Origin: Acidimicrobiaceae bacterium | GTDB lineage: Bacteria > Actinomycetota > Acidimicrobiia > Acidimicrobiales > AC-14 | Length of the DNA stretch: 64,000 bases | Assembly (NCBI GenBank): GCA_039649175.1 | Contig: JBBWZS010000020.1 | Location: 1,450 to 65,449, forward strand | Direction of reading: 5' to 3' | Shown: one piece after another, positions 54,474-63,383 of the stretch | Layout of the letters: the number at the start of each line of letters is the position of its first letter | Numbering within the stretch: position 1 is the stretch's first letter | Translations under genes and position numbers: made by a program | The notes under the pieces: generated by a model | Told to the model about the DNA's origin: nothing | What the model saw: only the letters and a program-made list of their open reading frames with translations | The model's database searches: none

Positions 54474-55991
54474 ATGGCGGACGCGGACGCTCCCAACGGC
54501 GGCGGACGACGGCCTCCCAAGGCCCGTCCCGCGCCCGACCGCACGCCGAGCGCCCCCCGCCGGCCAGCAGCCAAGAAGGCGGCGGCGACGTCGGGCCCCG
54601 ACGACGTGACCGCTCCGCCCCCGCCTCCGGCCACGCGGCGGGCACCGGCCAAGAAGGCCGCGGCAACGACACCGGCGGGCGGTGAGGCCGGGGCGACGCC
54701 TCCGGCCACGCGCCGGACGCCGACCAAGAAGGTGACGGCGGCGGCCGGCGCGGGTGCCCCGGCGCCGGCCACCCGCCGGGCCACCGCCAAGAAGGCGGCC
54801 ACCACCCGGACCGATGACGTGGCGGCAGCAGCGGCTCCGACCACGCGGCGAACACCGGCCAACAAGGCCGCTGCTCCCGCCACCAGGCGGCCTCGGTCGG
54901 CCTCCGCCGCCCAGGCCCCGTCAGCAGCCGCGTCGGAGGCAGCCGCGTCGGAGGCAGCCACGTCGGAGGCAGCCACGTCGGAGGCAGGCGCGTCGGAGTT
55001 GCCGGCGCTGCCCCCGCCCTTCGAGGTGCCGCCCCCGCCCCCGCCGCCGGACGCCGTACTCACTCCCCCGCCGCCACCCGGGTGGGATGCACCTCCTCCA
55101 CCTCCACCACCTCCACCTCCGCCGCCTCCGCCTCCGCCACCGCCGCCCCAGTCAGCGGACGACGCCCCGGCACCGGCGCCGGTGTGGACACCGCCCGGCG
55201 GCGGTCCTGCCCAGAGCCCGACCACGCCACCGCCACCGCCCGCCGGCTCGATGGCGCCGCCACCACCCGGGGGCGGTTGGGCGCCACCGCCGGGAGCGGC
55301 GCACCCCGGTGAGTGGCGACCTCCCGGCAGCGCCCCCCCTCCCACCTGGCCCGGCGCCCCCCAATGGGCACCACCCGCCGCCACGCCGACCGAAGGGCTG
55401 GCCGTCGCCAGCTTCGTGGTCTCGCTGGCGTCGGTGATCCTGTTCTTCCTCGTCGTCCCCGCCATCGTGGCCTTCGTCCTGGGCATCATCGCCCTGCGCA
55501 GGATCAAGCGCAGGGCGCCGCGGGGCGGCCGGAGCCTGGCCATCGCCGGTGTGATCATCGGCCTGGTGGTCGCCTTGGGCGGCACTGCCTTCGACGTCGG
55601 CGTCGCCTACTTCGCCACCCACACCACGAGTTACGACGACTTGGCGCCGGGCGACTGCGTCAAGCGGCCCAATGGCGAGGTCGTCCTGCTCCGCCGCCAG
55701 AGCTGTTCGGGCAACCACGACCGTCAGGTCTTCGCGACCCTCGACGACCCGGCGGGTGACTCGGCGGCCTACCCGGGGCGCACCACCTTGCGGACCTTCG
55801 CTGAGAGCGAGTGCCTGCTCCGGTTCTCAGCACTGGCGACCGACGTCCCCAACCGGGCCGACCTGGGTGTGTTCTTCCTGGTCCCCAACCAGAAGTCGTG
55901 GGAGAACAGCGGCAACCGTCGGATCGTCTGCATGGTGGGCACCCGCGACGGGTCGTCGCTGACGCAACCGCTGCCGCTCGCCGCCAGGTAG
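54474..55991 (+). CDS. Pro/Ala/Lys-rich protein with DUF4190-type TM hairpin and a C-terminal septum-formation-like Cys domain
   Basis: PATRR(A/T)PAKKAA repeats, a 19-Pro run, IALRRIKRR...AIAGVIIG, then DCV...SCSGNHD...ECL...IVC. Confidence 0.7.
   Translation: MADADAPNGGGRRPPKARPAPDRTPSAPRRPAAKKAAATSGPDDVTAPPPPPATRRAPAKKAAATTPAGGEAGATPPATRRTPTKKVTAAAGAGAPAPATRRATAKKAATTRTDDVAAAAAPTTRRTPANKAAAPATRRPRSASAAQAPSAAASEAAASEAATSEAATSEAGASELPALPPPFEVPPPPPPPDAVLTPPPPPGWDAPPPPPPPPPPPPPPPPPPPQSADDAPAPAPVWTPPGGGPAQSPTTPPPPPAGSMAPPPPGGGWAPPPGAAHPGEWRPPGSAPPPTWPGAPQWAPPAATPTEGLAVASFVVSLASVILFFLVVPAIVAFVLGIIALRRIKRRAPRGGRSLAIAGVIIGLVVALGGTAFDVGVAYFATHTTSYDDLAPGDCVKRPNGEVVLLRRQSCSGNHDRQVFATLDDPAGDSAAYPGRTTLRTFAESECLLRFSALATDVPNRADLGVFFLVPNQKSWENSGNRRIVCMVGTRDGSSLTQPLPLAAR
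55092..55148. repeat. Run of 19 consecutive proline codons
   Basis: cct/cca/ccg codons counted directly in the frame of 54474..55991. Confidence 0.9.
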
Positions 55992-56001
55992 GTCGGGCCC
56001 G

Positions 56002-58029
56002 GTGGTGACCGACCTGGCGCTCCCCGCGGACACCGGAGACCGCCCGGCGCCGCCTCCACCCGACGCGCCAGGCCCGACCCTGCGCTATCGGGCGCCCCTC
56101 GACGGGCTGCGGGCGCTGGCGGTGATGGCGGTGCTGGCCTACCACGGCGACCTGGTGTGGGCACGGGGTGGCTTCATCGGCGTGGACGTGTTCTTCGTCC
56201 TCAGCGGCTTCCTCATCACCGGCCTGATCCTCGTCGACCACCAGAGCTACGGCCGGGTGCGCCTCGGCCGGTTCTGGCGTCGTCGGGCCCTGCGCCTGCT
56301 TCCCGCCCTTATCGTGGTGCTGGTCGGCGTCTCGGTCGCCGTCCCCCTCCTGGCTCCCGACCAGAACTGGCGGCTGGGCGACGACCTGCTGGCGGCGCTG
56401 GCCTATGTGAGCAACTGGCGCCTGATCTACCAGCACCAGTCGTATTTCCAGGCCATCGGGCGGCCACCGGTGCTGCAACACCTCTGGAGCCTGGCGGTCG
56501 AGGAGCAGTTCTACCTGGTGTGGCCCGTCGTCGTCGCTGTCGCCTTGCGCGCCGGGATCACCCGCCGGCGGATGGTGCGCCTCATCGTGGTGGCCGCCGT
56601 CGGGTCGGCCGCCCTGATGGCCGCCCTCTACCGGCCCGCCGACGACCCGTCGCGCGTCTATTACGGCACGGACACCCGCGCCGCCGCCCTGCTGGTGGGC
56701 GCCGCCGTGGCCTTCCTCTGGAACTGGGGCGGGGCCGGGCGGACCGCCGGCGGCCATGACACCGACGCGGGGGCCGAGTCGGCGCCGCCGGCCGCACCCC
56801 GCCGGGGGCGGGCCGTCGCCGTCCGTGCCCTCCTGGAGGCGGCCGGGGTGGCGGCGCTGGTGGGACTGGGCCTGTGCGTGAGGGGCCTCGACCAGCTGCG
56901 GCCCGGCCTGTACCGCGGCGGGTTCCTGGGCGTGGCCATGCTGGCAGCGGTGGTGGTCGCCGTGGGCGCGGCCGAGCGGCGCACGTTGGTGGGCCGGGTG
57001 CTCGGCTGGCGGCCCCTCGTGTGGCTGGGCCGGCGTTCCTATGGCGTGTACCTGTGGTTCTGGCCGGTCTTCATGCTCACCCGGCCCCACGCCGACATCG
57101 ACCTCACCGGTTACCCGCTGTTCGCCCTGCGCGCCTCCGTCACCGTGGCCCTGGCGACCGCCTCCTACCGCTTCGTGGAGATGCCGATCCGGTCCGGCGC
57201 CCTGGCGAGAACCTGGTCGGCACTGCGCTCGCGGTCGGGTCGTCGCGAGGCGAGCCGGGCCACGGCCTGGACCATGGCCGTCGCTCTGGCCTTCGCCGCC
57301 ATCGCCGCGGGGGTCGTCGTCCACCGCCGCACCCCCACCCCGGACGCCTTCTTGGTAGAGGGCCGGCTGGCGCTGCGCCAGGTGCCGGCCGACAGGACGG
57401 TCGAGCCGGGATCGGCGACGACCACCACCTCCCAGGATCCGACGACCACCGTCGCCCCGCCCGAGCCCACTCCCGCCCCTACCCCACCGGCGCCGGCCGA
57501 CACGGCGCCGGCGCCCACCGCACCCGCACCCGCGCCCGCCCACACTGCGGTGGTGGCGGCGACCGGGCCCCACGGCCGGGTCACCGCCATCGGCGAGTCG
57601 GTGCTGATGGAGGCCGAGCCCGAGCTGGCGGCGGCGGTTGACGACCTCACGCTCGAGGCCGCCGTCGGTCGCCAGATGGAGGGGACGATCAAAGCCGTCC
57701 AGGCCCTGCACGACGCCGGGGGGCTGGGCGACGAGATCATCGTGCAGGTCGGCAACAACGGCACCGTCACCAGCGACGAGTTCGAACAGCTCATGTCGTT
57801 GCTGTCGGGTGCCCGCCGGGTGGCGGTGGTCAACGTGAAGGTGCCCCGGGTGTGGGAGGAGTCGAACAACGACGTGCTCGCCTCGGGGGTGGCCAGATGG
57901 CCCAACGCGGTCCTGCTCGACTGGCACAGCCTCGGGTCGGCCAACCCCGATGTGTTCCTCGACGACGGTGTCCACCTGCGGCCCGACGGTGTGCGCCTCT
58001 ACACCCAGCTGATCCTGTCCGGCCTCTGA
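56002..58029 (+). CDS. Acyltransferase-3 family membrane protein with a C-terminal SGNH-like domain (OafA-type O-acetyltransferase)
   Basis: LDGLRALAVMAVLAYH, multi-TM N-terminal half, Pro/Thr linker, soluble C-terminal domain. Confidence 0.85.
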   Translation: MVTDLALPADTGDRPAPPPPDAPGPTLRYRAPLDGLRALAVMAVLAYHGDLVWARGGFIGVDVFFVLSGFLITGLILVDHQSYGRVRLGRFWRRRALRLLPALIVVLVGVSVAVPLLAPDQNWRLGDDLLAALAYVSNWRLIYQHQSYFQAIGRPPVLQHLWSLAVEEQFYLVWPVVVAVALRAGITRRRMVRLIVVAAVGSAALMAALYRPADDPSRVYYGTDTRAAALLVGAAVAFLWNWGGAGRTAGGHDTDAGAESAPPAAPRRGRAVAVRALLEAAGVAALVGLGLCVRGLDQLRPGLYRGGFLGVAMLAAVVVAVGAAERRTLVGRVLGWRPLVWLGRRSYGVYLWFWPVFMLTRPHADIDLTGYPLFALRASVTVALATASYRFVEMPIRSGALARTWSALRSRSGRREASRATAWTMAVALAFAAIAAGVVVHRRTPTPDAFLVEGRLALRQVPADRTVEPGSATTTTSQDPTTTVAPPEPTPAPTPPAPADTAPAPTAPAPAPAHTAVVAATGPHGRVTAIGESVLMEAEPELAAAVDDLTLEAAVGRQMEGTIKAVQALHDAGGLGDEIIVQVGNNGTVTSDEFEQLMSLLSGARRVAVVNVKVPRVWEESNNDVLASGVARWPNAVLLDWHSLGSANPDVFLDDGVHLRPDGVRLYTQLILSGL

Positions 58030-58110
58030 CCCGGGGCGCCGTGCGCGTATCGGCACTAGTGTTTGATCGCGGTTGAAATTTCCGGCGACAAATTTCAAGG
58101 GAGATGCGGG

Positions 58111-58788
58111 ATGAAGACCAGCCGTTTTTTGCGTGCCCGGGCAGTCGTGCCCGCCGTCATGCTCGTCGGAGGGGCCGGTCTACTCGTGACCCAGCTGGCC
58201 TCGAGCGCGCCGGCATCGGAGACACCACAGATCCAGAGCTTCCACCTGCGCGCCGCCAACAGCGGCAAGGACGCCACCGTCGCCGGCGGCTCGACGGCTG
58301 ACGGGGCCAGGGTCATCCAGCTGCCCGCCACCGCCCTCAACGACCAGGGCTTCGTGCCCCTGCCGTTCGGCACCGGCTTCGTCATCGTGAACGTCAACAG
58401 CAACAAGGTCCTCGACACCGCCGGCGGGTCGACAGCGGCGGGGGCGGCGGTCGTCCAGCACACCTTCGGCCCCACCGTCCCCGAGGTTGCCAGCCAGGTC
58501 TGGTTCCTCACCGCCACCGGGTCCAACGCCGTGTTCACCAACTTCAAGAGCGGCCTGGCCCTGGAGGTGGCGGGCGCATCCAGCGACGACGGCGCGCCCC
58601 TCATCCAGAACGCGAGGAGCGGGGCCGCTGACCAGAACTTCGCCGGCATCCCCGTCGGAGTCCCGGCCACCACATCGACATCGTCCACATCCTCGACGTC
58701 GTCCACCTCATCGACATCCTCCACGTCGTCAACATCGTCCACGTCCTCCACGTCGACGACATCCACGACAATGGCCGGCTCGGGCTAG
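58111..58788 (+). CDS. Secreted ricin-type beta-trefoil lectin domain protein with a (TSS)n tail
   Basis: Signal peptide. Repeated 'KVLD.AGGST..GA.V.Q' and Q.W-type motifs. C-terminal TSTSSTSSTSS... Confidence 0.7.
   Translation: MKTSRFLRARAVVPAVMLVGGAGLLVTQLASSAPASETPQIQSFHLRAANSGKDATVAGGSTADGARVIQLPATALNDQGFVPLPFGTGFVIVNVNSNKVLDTAGGSTAAGAAVVQHTFGPTVPEVASQVWFLTATGSNAVFTNFKSGLALEVAGASSDDGAPLIQNARSGAADQNFAGIPVGVPATTSTSSTSSTSSTSSTSSTSSTSSTSSTSTTSTTMAGSG
58668..58770. repeat. Imperfect 9-bp tandem repeat encoding (T-S-S)n
   Basis: acatcgtcc/acgtcgtcc/acctcatcg units read in the sequence. Confidence 0.8.
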
Positions 58789-58813
58789 TACGGCCATACT
58801 CTGTCGCTGAACC

Positions 58814-59404
58814 ATGAGAACAGGACGATGGCGCACCAGGGCAGTGGCACTCGCCGCCCTGGCGCTCGGCGCCGCGGGCCTGTCCGTACTTCCCTTCCCC
58901 GCCGCCGCGCCGGCTGACGAGGTCTTCGTCCCGCCGCCCGGGTTCGAGTTGCAGGCCGCCCACAGCGGCAAGGTGCTGCTCATCAACGGGTTCGCCGACA
59001 CCGACGGAGCGCCGGTGGTCCAGTTCTCGAGCAACGGGGGCCTCAACGAACGGTGGGCGCCCGTTCCCTTCGGCACCGGGTTCGTGTTCGTGGGACTGAA
59101 CGGCTACAAGGTGCTCGACGTGGCCGGGGCGTCGACCGACAACGGCGCCGGTCTCATCCAGCAGCAGTGGAACGGCAGCGCCAGCCAGGTGTGGCTGCTC
59201 TTCCCGTTCGGGCCCAACGCCTCGGTGTTCATCAACGCCAAGAGCGGCAAGGCCATGGACGTCGCCGGGGCATCCACCGCCGACAACGCCCCCGTGATCC
59301 AGTGGGACTGGCAGGCGGGCGCCAACCAGATCTGGCGGGGCATCCCCGTCGGCGTGCCCGAGACCACGTCGACGACGACATCCACGACCGTCGCCGCAGG
59401 CTGA
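58814..59404 (+). CDS. Secreted ricin-type lectin domain protein, tandem paralogue
   Basis: Shares PFGTGFV(I/F)V..N..KVLD.AG.ST..GA and GIPVGVP(A/E)TTST with the upstream gene. Confidence 0.7.
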   Translation: MRTGRWRTRAVALAALALGAAGLSVLPFPAAAPADEVFVPPPGFELQAAHSGKVLLINGFADTDGAPVVQFSSNGGLNERWAPVPFGTGFVFVGLNGYKVLDVAGASTDNGAGLIQQQWNGSASQVWLLFPFGPNASVFINAKSGKAMDVAGASTADNAPVIQWDWQAGANQIWRGIPVGVPETTSTTTSTTVAAG

Positions 59405-59427
59405 GCACCCGGACCAGAAGAACGGGG

Positions 59428-59461
59428 CGGCGGCCGGGGGGTCGTGGGTCCCCGGCCGCCG
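59428..59461. terminator. Hairpin between convergent genes
   Basis: cggcggccgggg-(10 nt)-ccccggccgccg: 12-bp perfect stem. Confidence 0.5.
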
Positions 59462-59475
59462 TCCGCTGCACGCCG

Positions 59476-60159
59476 TCAGGCGGCGGCGCCGCCCTCAGGG
59501 CCGGGCCCAAGGTCGAGACCATGGCCCTCTACGACGGCCAACGCCTGACGATGGCGTTCCCATGCCCACGTTGTTGCGTCGCGACACAACGACGGGTGGA
59601 ACTTCCACCTGGTCAGCTGTCGCTCGGTGGCCTCGAAGTCCTCGCCCAGCTCCACCAGGCTCAAGGCCAGGCGCCGGCAGCGCTGGCGCAACTGGTCGGC
59701 GGCGGGCATGCGCAGTTGGTCTTCCTGCCAGGCCTGATGGGCCGCCTGGAGGTCGCCGGGCAGCCGTTGCACCTGACGGCGGGTGAGGGGTGGCAGCTTG
59801 CGCCGCACGGCGATGGCGCCGTCGCCCCGGGTCTCGGCCAGGTCGAACTGGCAGCACCGGGCGAAGGCCCGCATGAACGGCGAGTGGCGCCCGCCCCGGC
59901 TGCCCAGCCCCAGGGCCTGGGCGGTGGGGGCGAGGGGAAGATCGAACCCGTCGGGGCTGGCTTCCAGGCCGGCAGCCAGTCGCCGCAGGAGCCAGGTGGT
60001 CGACGGACCGAGGATGCCGAGCCAGTACTGCTCGACGTAGTGGGACCGGGGGTCGTGGCCGAGGGCGTCGATGACGCTGTCGGGCCAGGGCTGGATGGCC
60101 AGGGTGTCGGGTGGGTCGGCCGGGGTGGTGCCGGGGTGGAGCGCAACCGCTGTGCTCAT
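59476..60159 (-). CDS. Conserved hypothetical protein
   Basis: ATG 60159 with an AGGAGG RBS. MSTAVALHPG...YVEQYWLGILGPSTTWLLRRL. No assignable function. Confidence 0.55.
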   Translation of the reverse strand: MSTAVALHPGTTPADPPDTLAIQPWPDSVIDALGHDPRSHYVEQYWLGILGPSTTWLLRRLAAGLEASPDGFDLPLAPTAQALGLGSRGGRHSPFMRAFARCCQFDLAETRGDGAIAVRRKLPPLTRRQVQRLPGDLQAAHQAWQEDQLRMPAADQLRQRCRRLALSLVELGEDFEATERQLTRWKFHPSLCRDATTWAWERHRQALAVVEGHGLDLGPGPEGGAAA

Positions 60160-60354
60160 GACGCCTCCTGGGCGCTGGCAACAAGAGAAGGGGAAGGCGA
60201 CCGAACAGCTTTTTCGTGCCTTTTCAGTATCTCCCATACTCTACTGACCGTCAACCGGACGGCAGCGGCAACGAGCGGAATGTCGACCCGCCGAGTAGGG
60301 TTTTCCTTTGAGACAGCTACTCCCGAATCCCGCACCTGCCGAGGACGTGATCGC

Positions 60355-61530
60355 ATGGCCACCTTCCGAGACCTGCTGGCCGAGGCCAAGACCCAGATCC
60401 GCGAGGTCGACACGGCCGAGGCCGAGCGCCTGACCGCCGAGCGACCGGGCACGGTCGTGCTCGACGTACGCGAAGCCGACGAGTACGAGCAGGGCGCCCT
60501 GCCCGACGCCGTGCACATCCCCCGGGGGTTCCTCGAGAGCCAGGTCGAGAACCGCATCGCCGACCACGACGCGCCGGTGGTCGTGTACTGCGCCGGCGGC
60601 ACCCGGTCGGCCTTCGCCGCCCGCACCCTGGGTGAGCTGGGCTACACCGACGTGGTCTCGGTGGCCGGCGGGTTCAACAAGTGGAAGAACGAGGGGCGCA
60701 GCTGGACGACGCCGCGCACCTTGTCGCCCGAGCAGCGCAACCGCTACCAGCGCCACCTGCTGCTGCCCGAGGTGGGCGAGGAGGGCCAGCAGAAGCTGCT
60801 CGACGCCAAGATCCTGCTCCTCGGGGCCGGGGGACTGGGCTCTCCCGCCGCCCTCTACCTGGCGGCCGCCGGCGTGGGCACCCTGGGCATCATCGACATG
60901 GACGTGGTCGACGAGTCCAACCTCCAGCGCCAGATCCTGCACAACCTCGACCGCATCGGCGACCGCAAGGTCGATTCGGCCAAGAAGACCCTCACCGCCC
61001 TCAACCCCGACGTCAACGTGGTCACCTACGACGTGCGCCTGGGGGCCGACAACGTGCTCGACATCATCGACGGCTACGACGTCATCGTCGACGGCACCGA
61101 CAACTTCCCCACCCGCTACCTGGTCAACGACGCCTCGCTGGTGAAGCGCATCCCCGTCGTGCACGGGTCGATCTTCCGGTTCGAGGGCCAGGCCACCGTC
61201 TTCCACCCCTACGTGGGCCCGTGCTACCGCTGCCTCATCCCCGAGCCCCCTCCGGCCGAGCTGGCGCCGTCGTGCGCCGAGGCGGGCGTGCTGGGCGTGC
61301 TGCCCGGCATCGTCGGCTCCATCCAGGCCATGGAGGCCATCAAGATCGTCCTCGGCCTCGGCGAGCCCCTCGTCGGCCGCCTGCTCGCCTACGACGCCCT
61401 CGAGGAGTCGTTCCGCACCTTCAAGGTCCCGCGCGACCCCGAGTGCCCGGCGTGCGGTCCCGATGCCGGAGAGATCGTCATCGCCGAGTACGACGAGCTG
61501 TGCATGCCCCACCCCCGCGCCGCCGCCTGA
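60355..61530 (+). CDS. Rhodanese-ThiF/MoeB fusion (MoeZ-like adenylyltransferase/sulfurtransferase with the rhodanese domain at the N-terminus)
   Basis: N-terminus: VVLDVREADEYEQGALPDAVHIPRG...VVVYCAGGTRSAFAARTL..GGFNKW. Then RYQRHLLLPEVGEEGQQKL, LLLGAGGLGSPAALYLAAAGVG, CYRC...CPAC zinc site. Confidence 0.85.
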   Translation: MATFRDLLAEAKTQIREVDTAEAERLTAERPGTVVLDVREADEYEQGALPDAVHIPRGFLESQVENRIADHDAPVVVYCAGGTRSAFAARTLGELGYTDVVSVAGGFNKWKNEGRSWTTPRTLSPEQRNRYQRHLLLPEVGEEGQQKLLDAKILLLGAGGLGSPAALYLAAAGVGTLGIIDMDVVDESNLQRQILHNLDRIGDRKVDSAKKTLTALNPDVNVVTYDVRLGADNVLDIIDGYDVIVDGTDNFPTRYLVNDASLVKRIPVVHGSIFRFEGQATVFHPYVGPCYRCLIPEPPPAELAPSCAEAGVLGVLPGIVGSIQAMEAIKIVLGLGEPLVGRLLAYDALEESFRTFKVPRDPECPACGPDAGEIVIAEYDELCMPHPRAAA

Positions 61531-61640
61531 GCGGCGACGGATCCTCGGCGAACTCACCCCTTCCCTCGCACGTCGGGCTGTGACATAGTCCGGATGGCGT
61601 TGGATCGGGACCCGGTCGTCGAGGGGGGAGAGGAAGCCTC

Positions 61641-62297
61641 ATGAAACGATTTCTGCGAATGCTGGGATCGGGAGCGACAGCTCTGGGCCTGCTTGCCGCC
61701 GTGCCGTCGGCGGCCGGGGCGGCAGAGGTCGCCACGACGACCTGCACGAGCACCCTGGCCCCCGGCACCTACGCCAAGGTGGTCGTGCCCGCGGGTGCGG
61801 TGTGCATCATCGACGGGCCCATCACCATCACCAACGGCCTGTTCATCCGCGAGGGTGCCACCTTCGTCCTCGGCAGCGAGGACCACCCGGGGCACACGGG
61901 CATCATCGTCGGGGGTGTCCACGCCACCAATCCCGCGTCGGTGCAGATCCACTTCACCGCCATCAACGGCGGTATCGAGATCCACGGCGGGTCGGGCCCG
62001 TTCGGGGGACCCTTCGACGTGACCTTCAACGCCATCGAGGACAACCAGATCAACGGGCCGGTGCTCATCGAGGGCTACAACGGCTTCTGGATGGGCTTCA
62101 TCCGCAACAAGGTCAACGGCACGGTGACCATGCGGAACAACGTGCTGGCCGACCCTGACGGCAACGAGTACGTCACCAACGTCATCAACGGCGACCTGGT
62201 CTGCCGCGGCAACTCTCCGGCCCCGCAGACGGGCGACTCGGAGGGCGAACAGAACATCGTGACCGGCGCCAAGATCGGGCAATGCCGGCGAGTCTGA
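61641..62297 (+). CDS. Secreted hypothetical protein, probably beta-helical
   Basis: Signal peptide ...PSAAGAA. Repetitive G/I/N-rich strands. Confidence 0.55.
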   Translation: MKRFLRMLGSGATALGLLAAVPSAAGAAEVATTTCTSTLAPGTYAKVVVPAGAVCIIDGPITITNGLFIREGATFVLGSEDHPGHTGIIVGGVHATNPASVQIHFTAINGGIEIHGGSGPFGGPFDVTFNAIEDNQINGPVLIEGYNGFWMGFIRNKVNGTVTMRNNVLADPDGNEYVTNVINGDLVCRGNSPAPQTGDSEGEQNIVTGAKIGQCRRV

Positions 62298-62337
62298 CCC
62301 CGTCGCGGTAGCCGTCCGACGGGCTAGCGTCGGGGCC

Positions 62338-63273
62338 ATGCGAGCTTCCCGGGCCATCGTCGTGGCCACGATGATCGTGGTCGCCATGGTCGCCGGCACG
62401 GGGACGGCGCCGGCGGCACCCCGGCCCTTCCGCTGGAAGCCACCGGCTTCTCCGGCCACGACAGCGCCGACCCCGCCGGGCGCCGCCACCGTCGCCCCCG
62501 CGGCCGAGACCGGTCCCCCGGCCCCGACCTGGGCACCGGCCGCCACCGCCGCCATCCACCCGGGTGTGCAGACGCTCACCGCCGGCCGCCAGTGCACGGC
62601 CAACTTCGTCTTCACCGACGCCACCGACGTCTACGTCGGCCAGGCCGCCCACTGCGCCGGCACCGGCGACAGCACCGACACCGACGGCTGCGGCTCCGCG
62701 TCGCTGCCGCTGGGCACGGCGGTGGAGGTGACGGGGGCGTCGCATCCCGGCGTCCTGGCCTACAGCTCCTGGGTGACCATGCAGGACCGCCACGAGACCG
62801 ACCCCACCATCTGCGCGTTCAACGACCTGGCTCTGGTGCGCCTCGACCCCGCCGACCGGGCGGACGTCAACCCCTCGGTCCCCCACTGGGGCGGCCCCGT
62901 CGACCTCGCCCCCGGCGACAGCGCCACGGGCTCGCTGGTCTACAGCTCGGGCAACTCCAAGCTGCGCTTCGGGCTCCCCCTGCTCATGCCCAAGCTGGGT
63001 TTCAGCCTGGGCGACCAGGGCGACGGTTGGTCGCACCAGGTGCTCACCCTCACACCCGGCATCCCCGGCGACTCGGGGAGCGCCGTGCTCGACGCTCAGG
63101 GCCGGGCCCTCGGGGTGCTGAGCACCCTCGAGATCCTGCCCCTCCCCGGCGTCAACGGCGTGGGCGACCTGCGCCACGAGCTCGACTACCTGCACACCCA
63201 GACCTCCAGCACCGTCCAGCTGGCGGTGGGGACAGAGCCGTTCAACGGCGCCCAGCTCCCCGTCGGCCCCTGA
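62338..63273 (+). CDS. Secreted chymotrypsin-fold (S1) serine protease
   Basis: GQAAHCAG (His), NDLALVRL (Asp), PGDSGSAVL (Ser). Confidence 0.75.
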   Translation: MRASRAIVVATMIVVAMVAGTGTAPAAPRPFRWKPPASPATTAPTPPGAATVAPAAETGPPAPTWAPAATAAIHPGVQTLTAGRQCTANFVFTDATDVYVGQAAHCAGTGDSTDTDGCGSASLPLGTAVEVTGASHPGVLAYSSWVTMQDRHETDPTICAFNDLALVRLDPADRADVNPSVPHWGGPVDLAPGDSATGSLVYSSGNSKLRFGLPLLMPKLGFSLGDQGDGWSHQVLTLTPGIPGDSGSAVLDAQGRALGVLSTLEILPLPGVNGVGDLRHELDYLHTQTSSTVQLAVGTEPFNGAQLPVGP

Positions 63274-63383
63274 CCCGGGCCGTTCCCCGACTTCCGTCCC
63301 GAGAGCTCTGCCGCCTAGGATCGACCTTCGTGCCCGGCGCCTGTGCCGGGCCTCCACGATCGAAAGGTGGTTCGAAGCGCGCC

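Noticed and set aside
58668-58770. Short tandem repeats (here and at 10987-11022, 20774-20847, 7800-7985) as CRISPR arrays or non-coding satellites
   Set aside because: The units are 9-36 bp without unique spacers, and all lie in frame inside ORFs, encoding low-complexity peptide repeats.
60160-60354. Moco riboswitch upstream of the rhodanese-ThiF gene, or upstream of the mod operon (42174-42384)
   Set aside because: There are only isolated fragments (a GAGTAG...CTACTC hairpin, and CTCCCGAATC vaguely like the conserved CCUCCCG segment). The characteristic GGAAAGG element and multi-helix junction were not seen. An Infernal scan would be needed.
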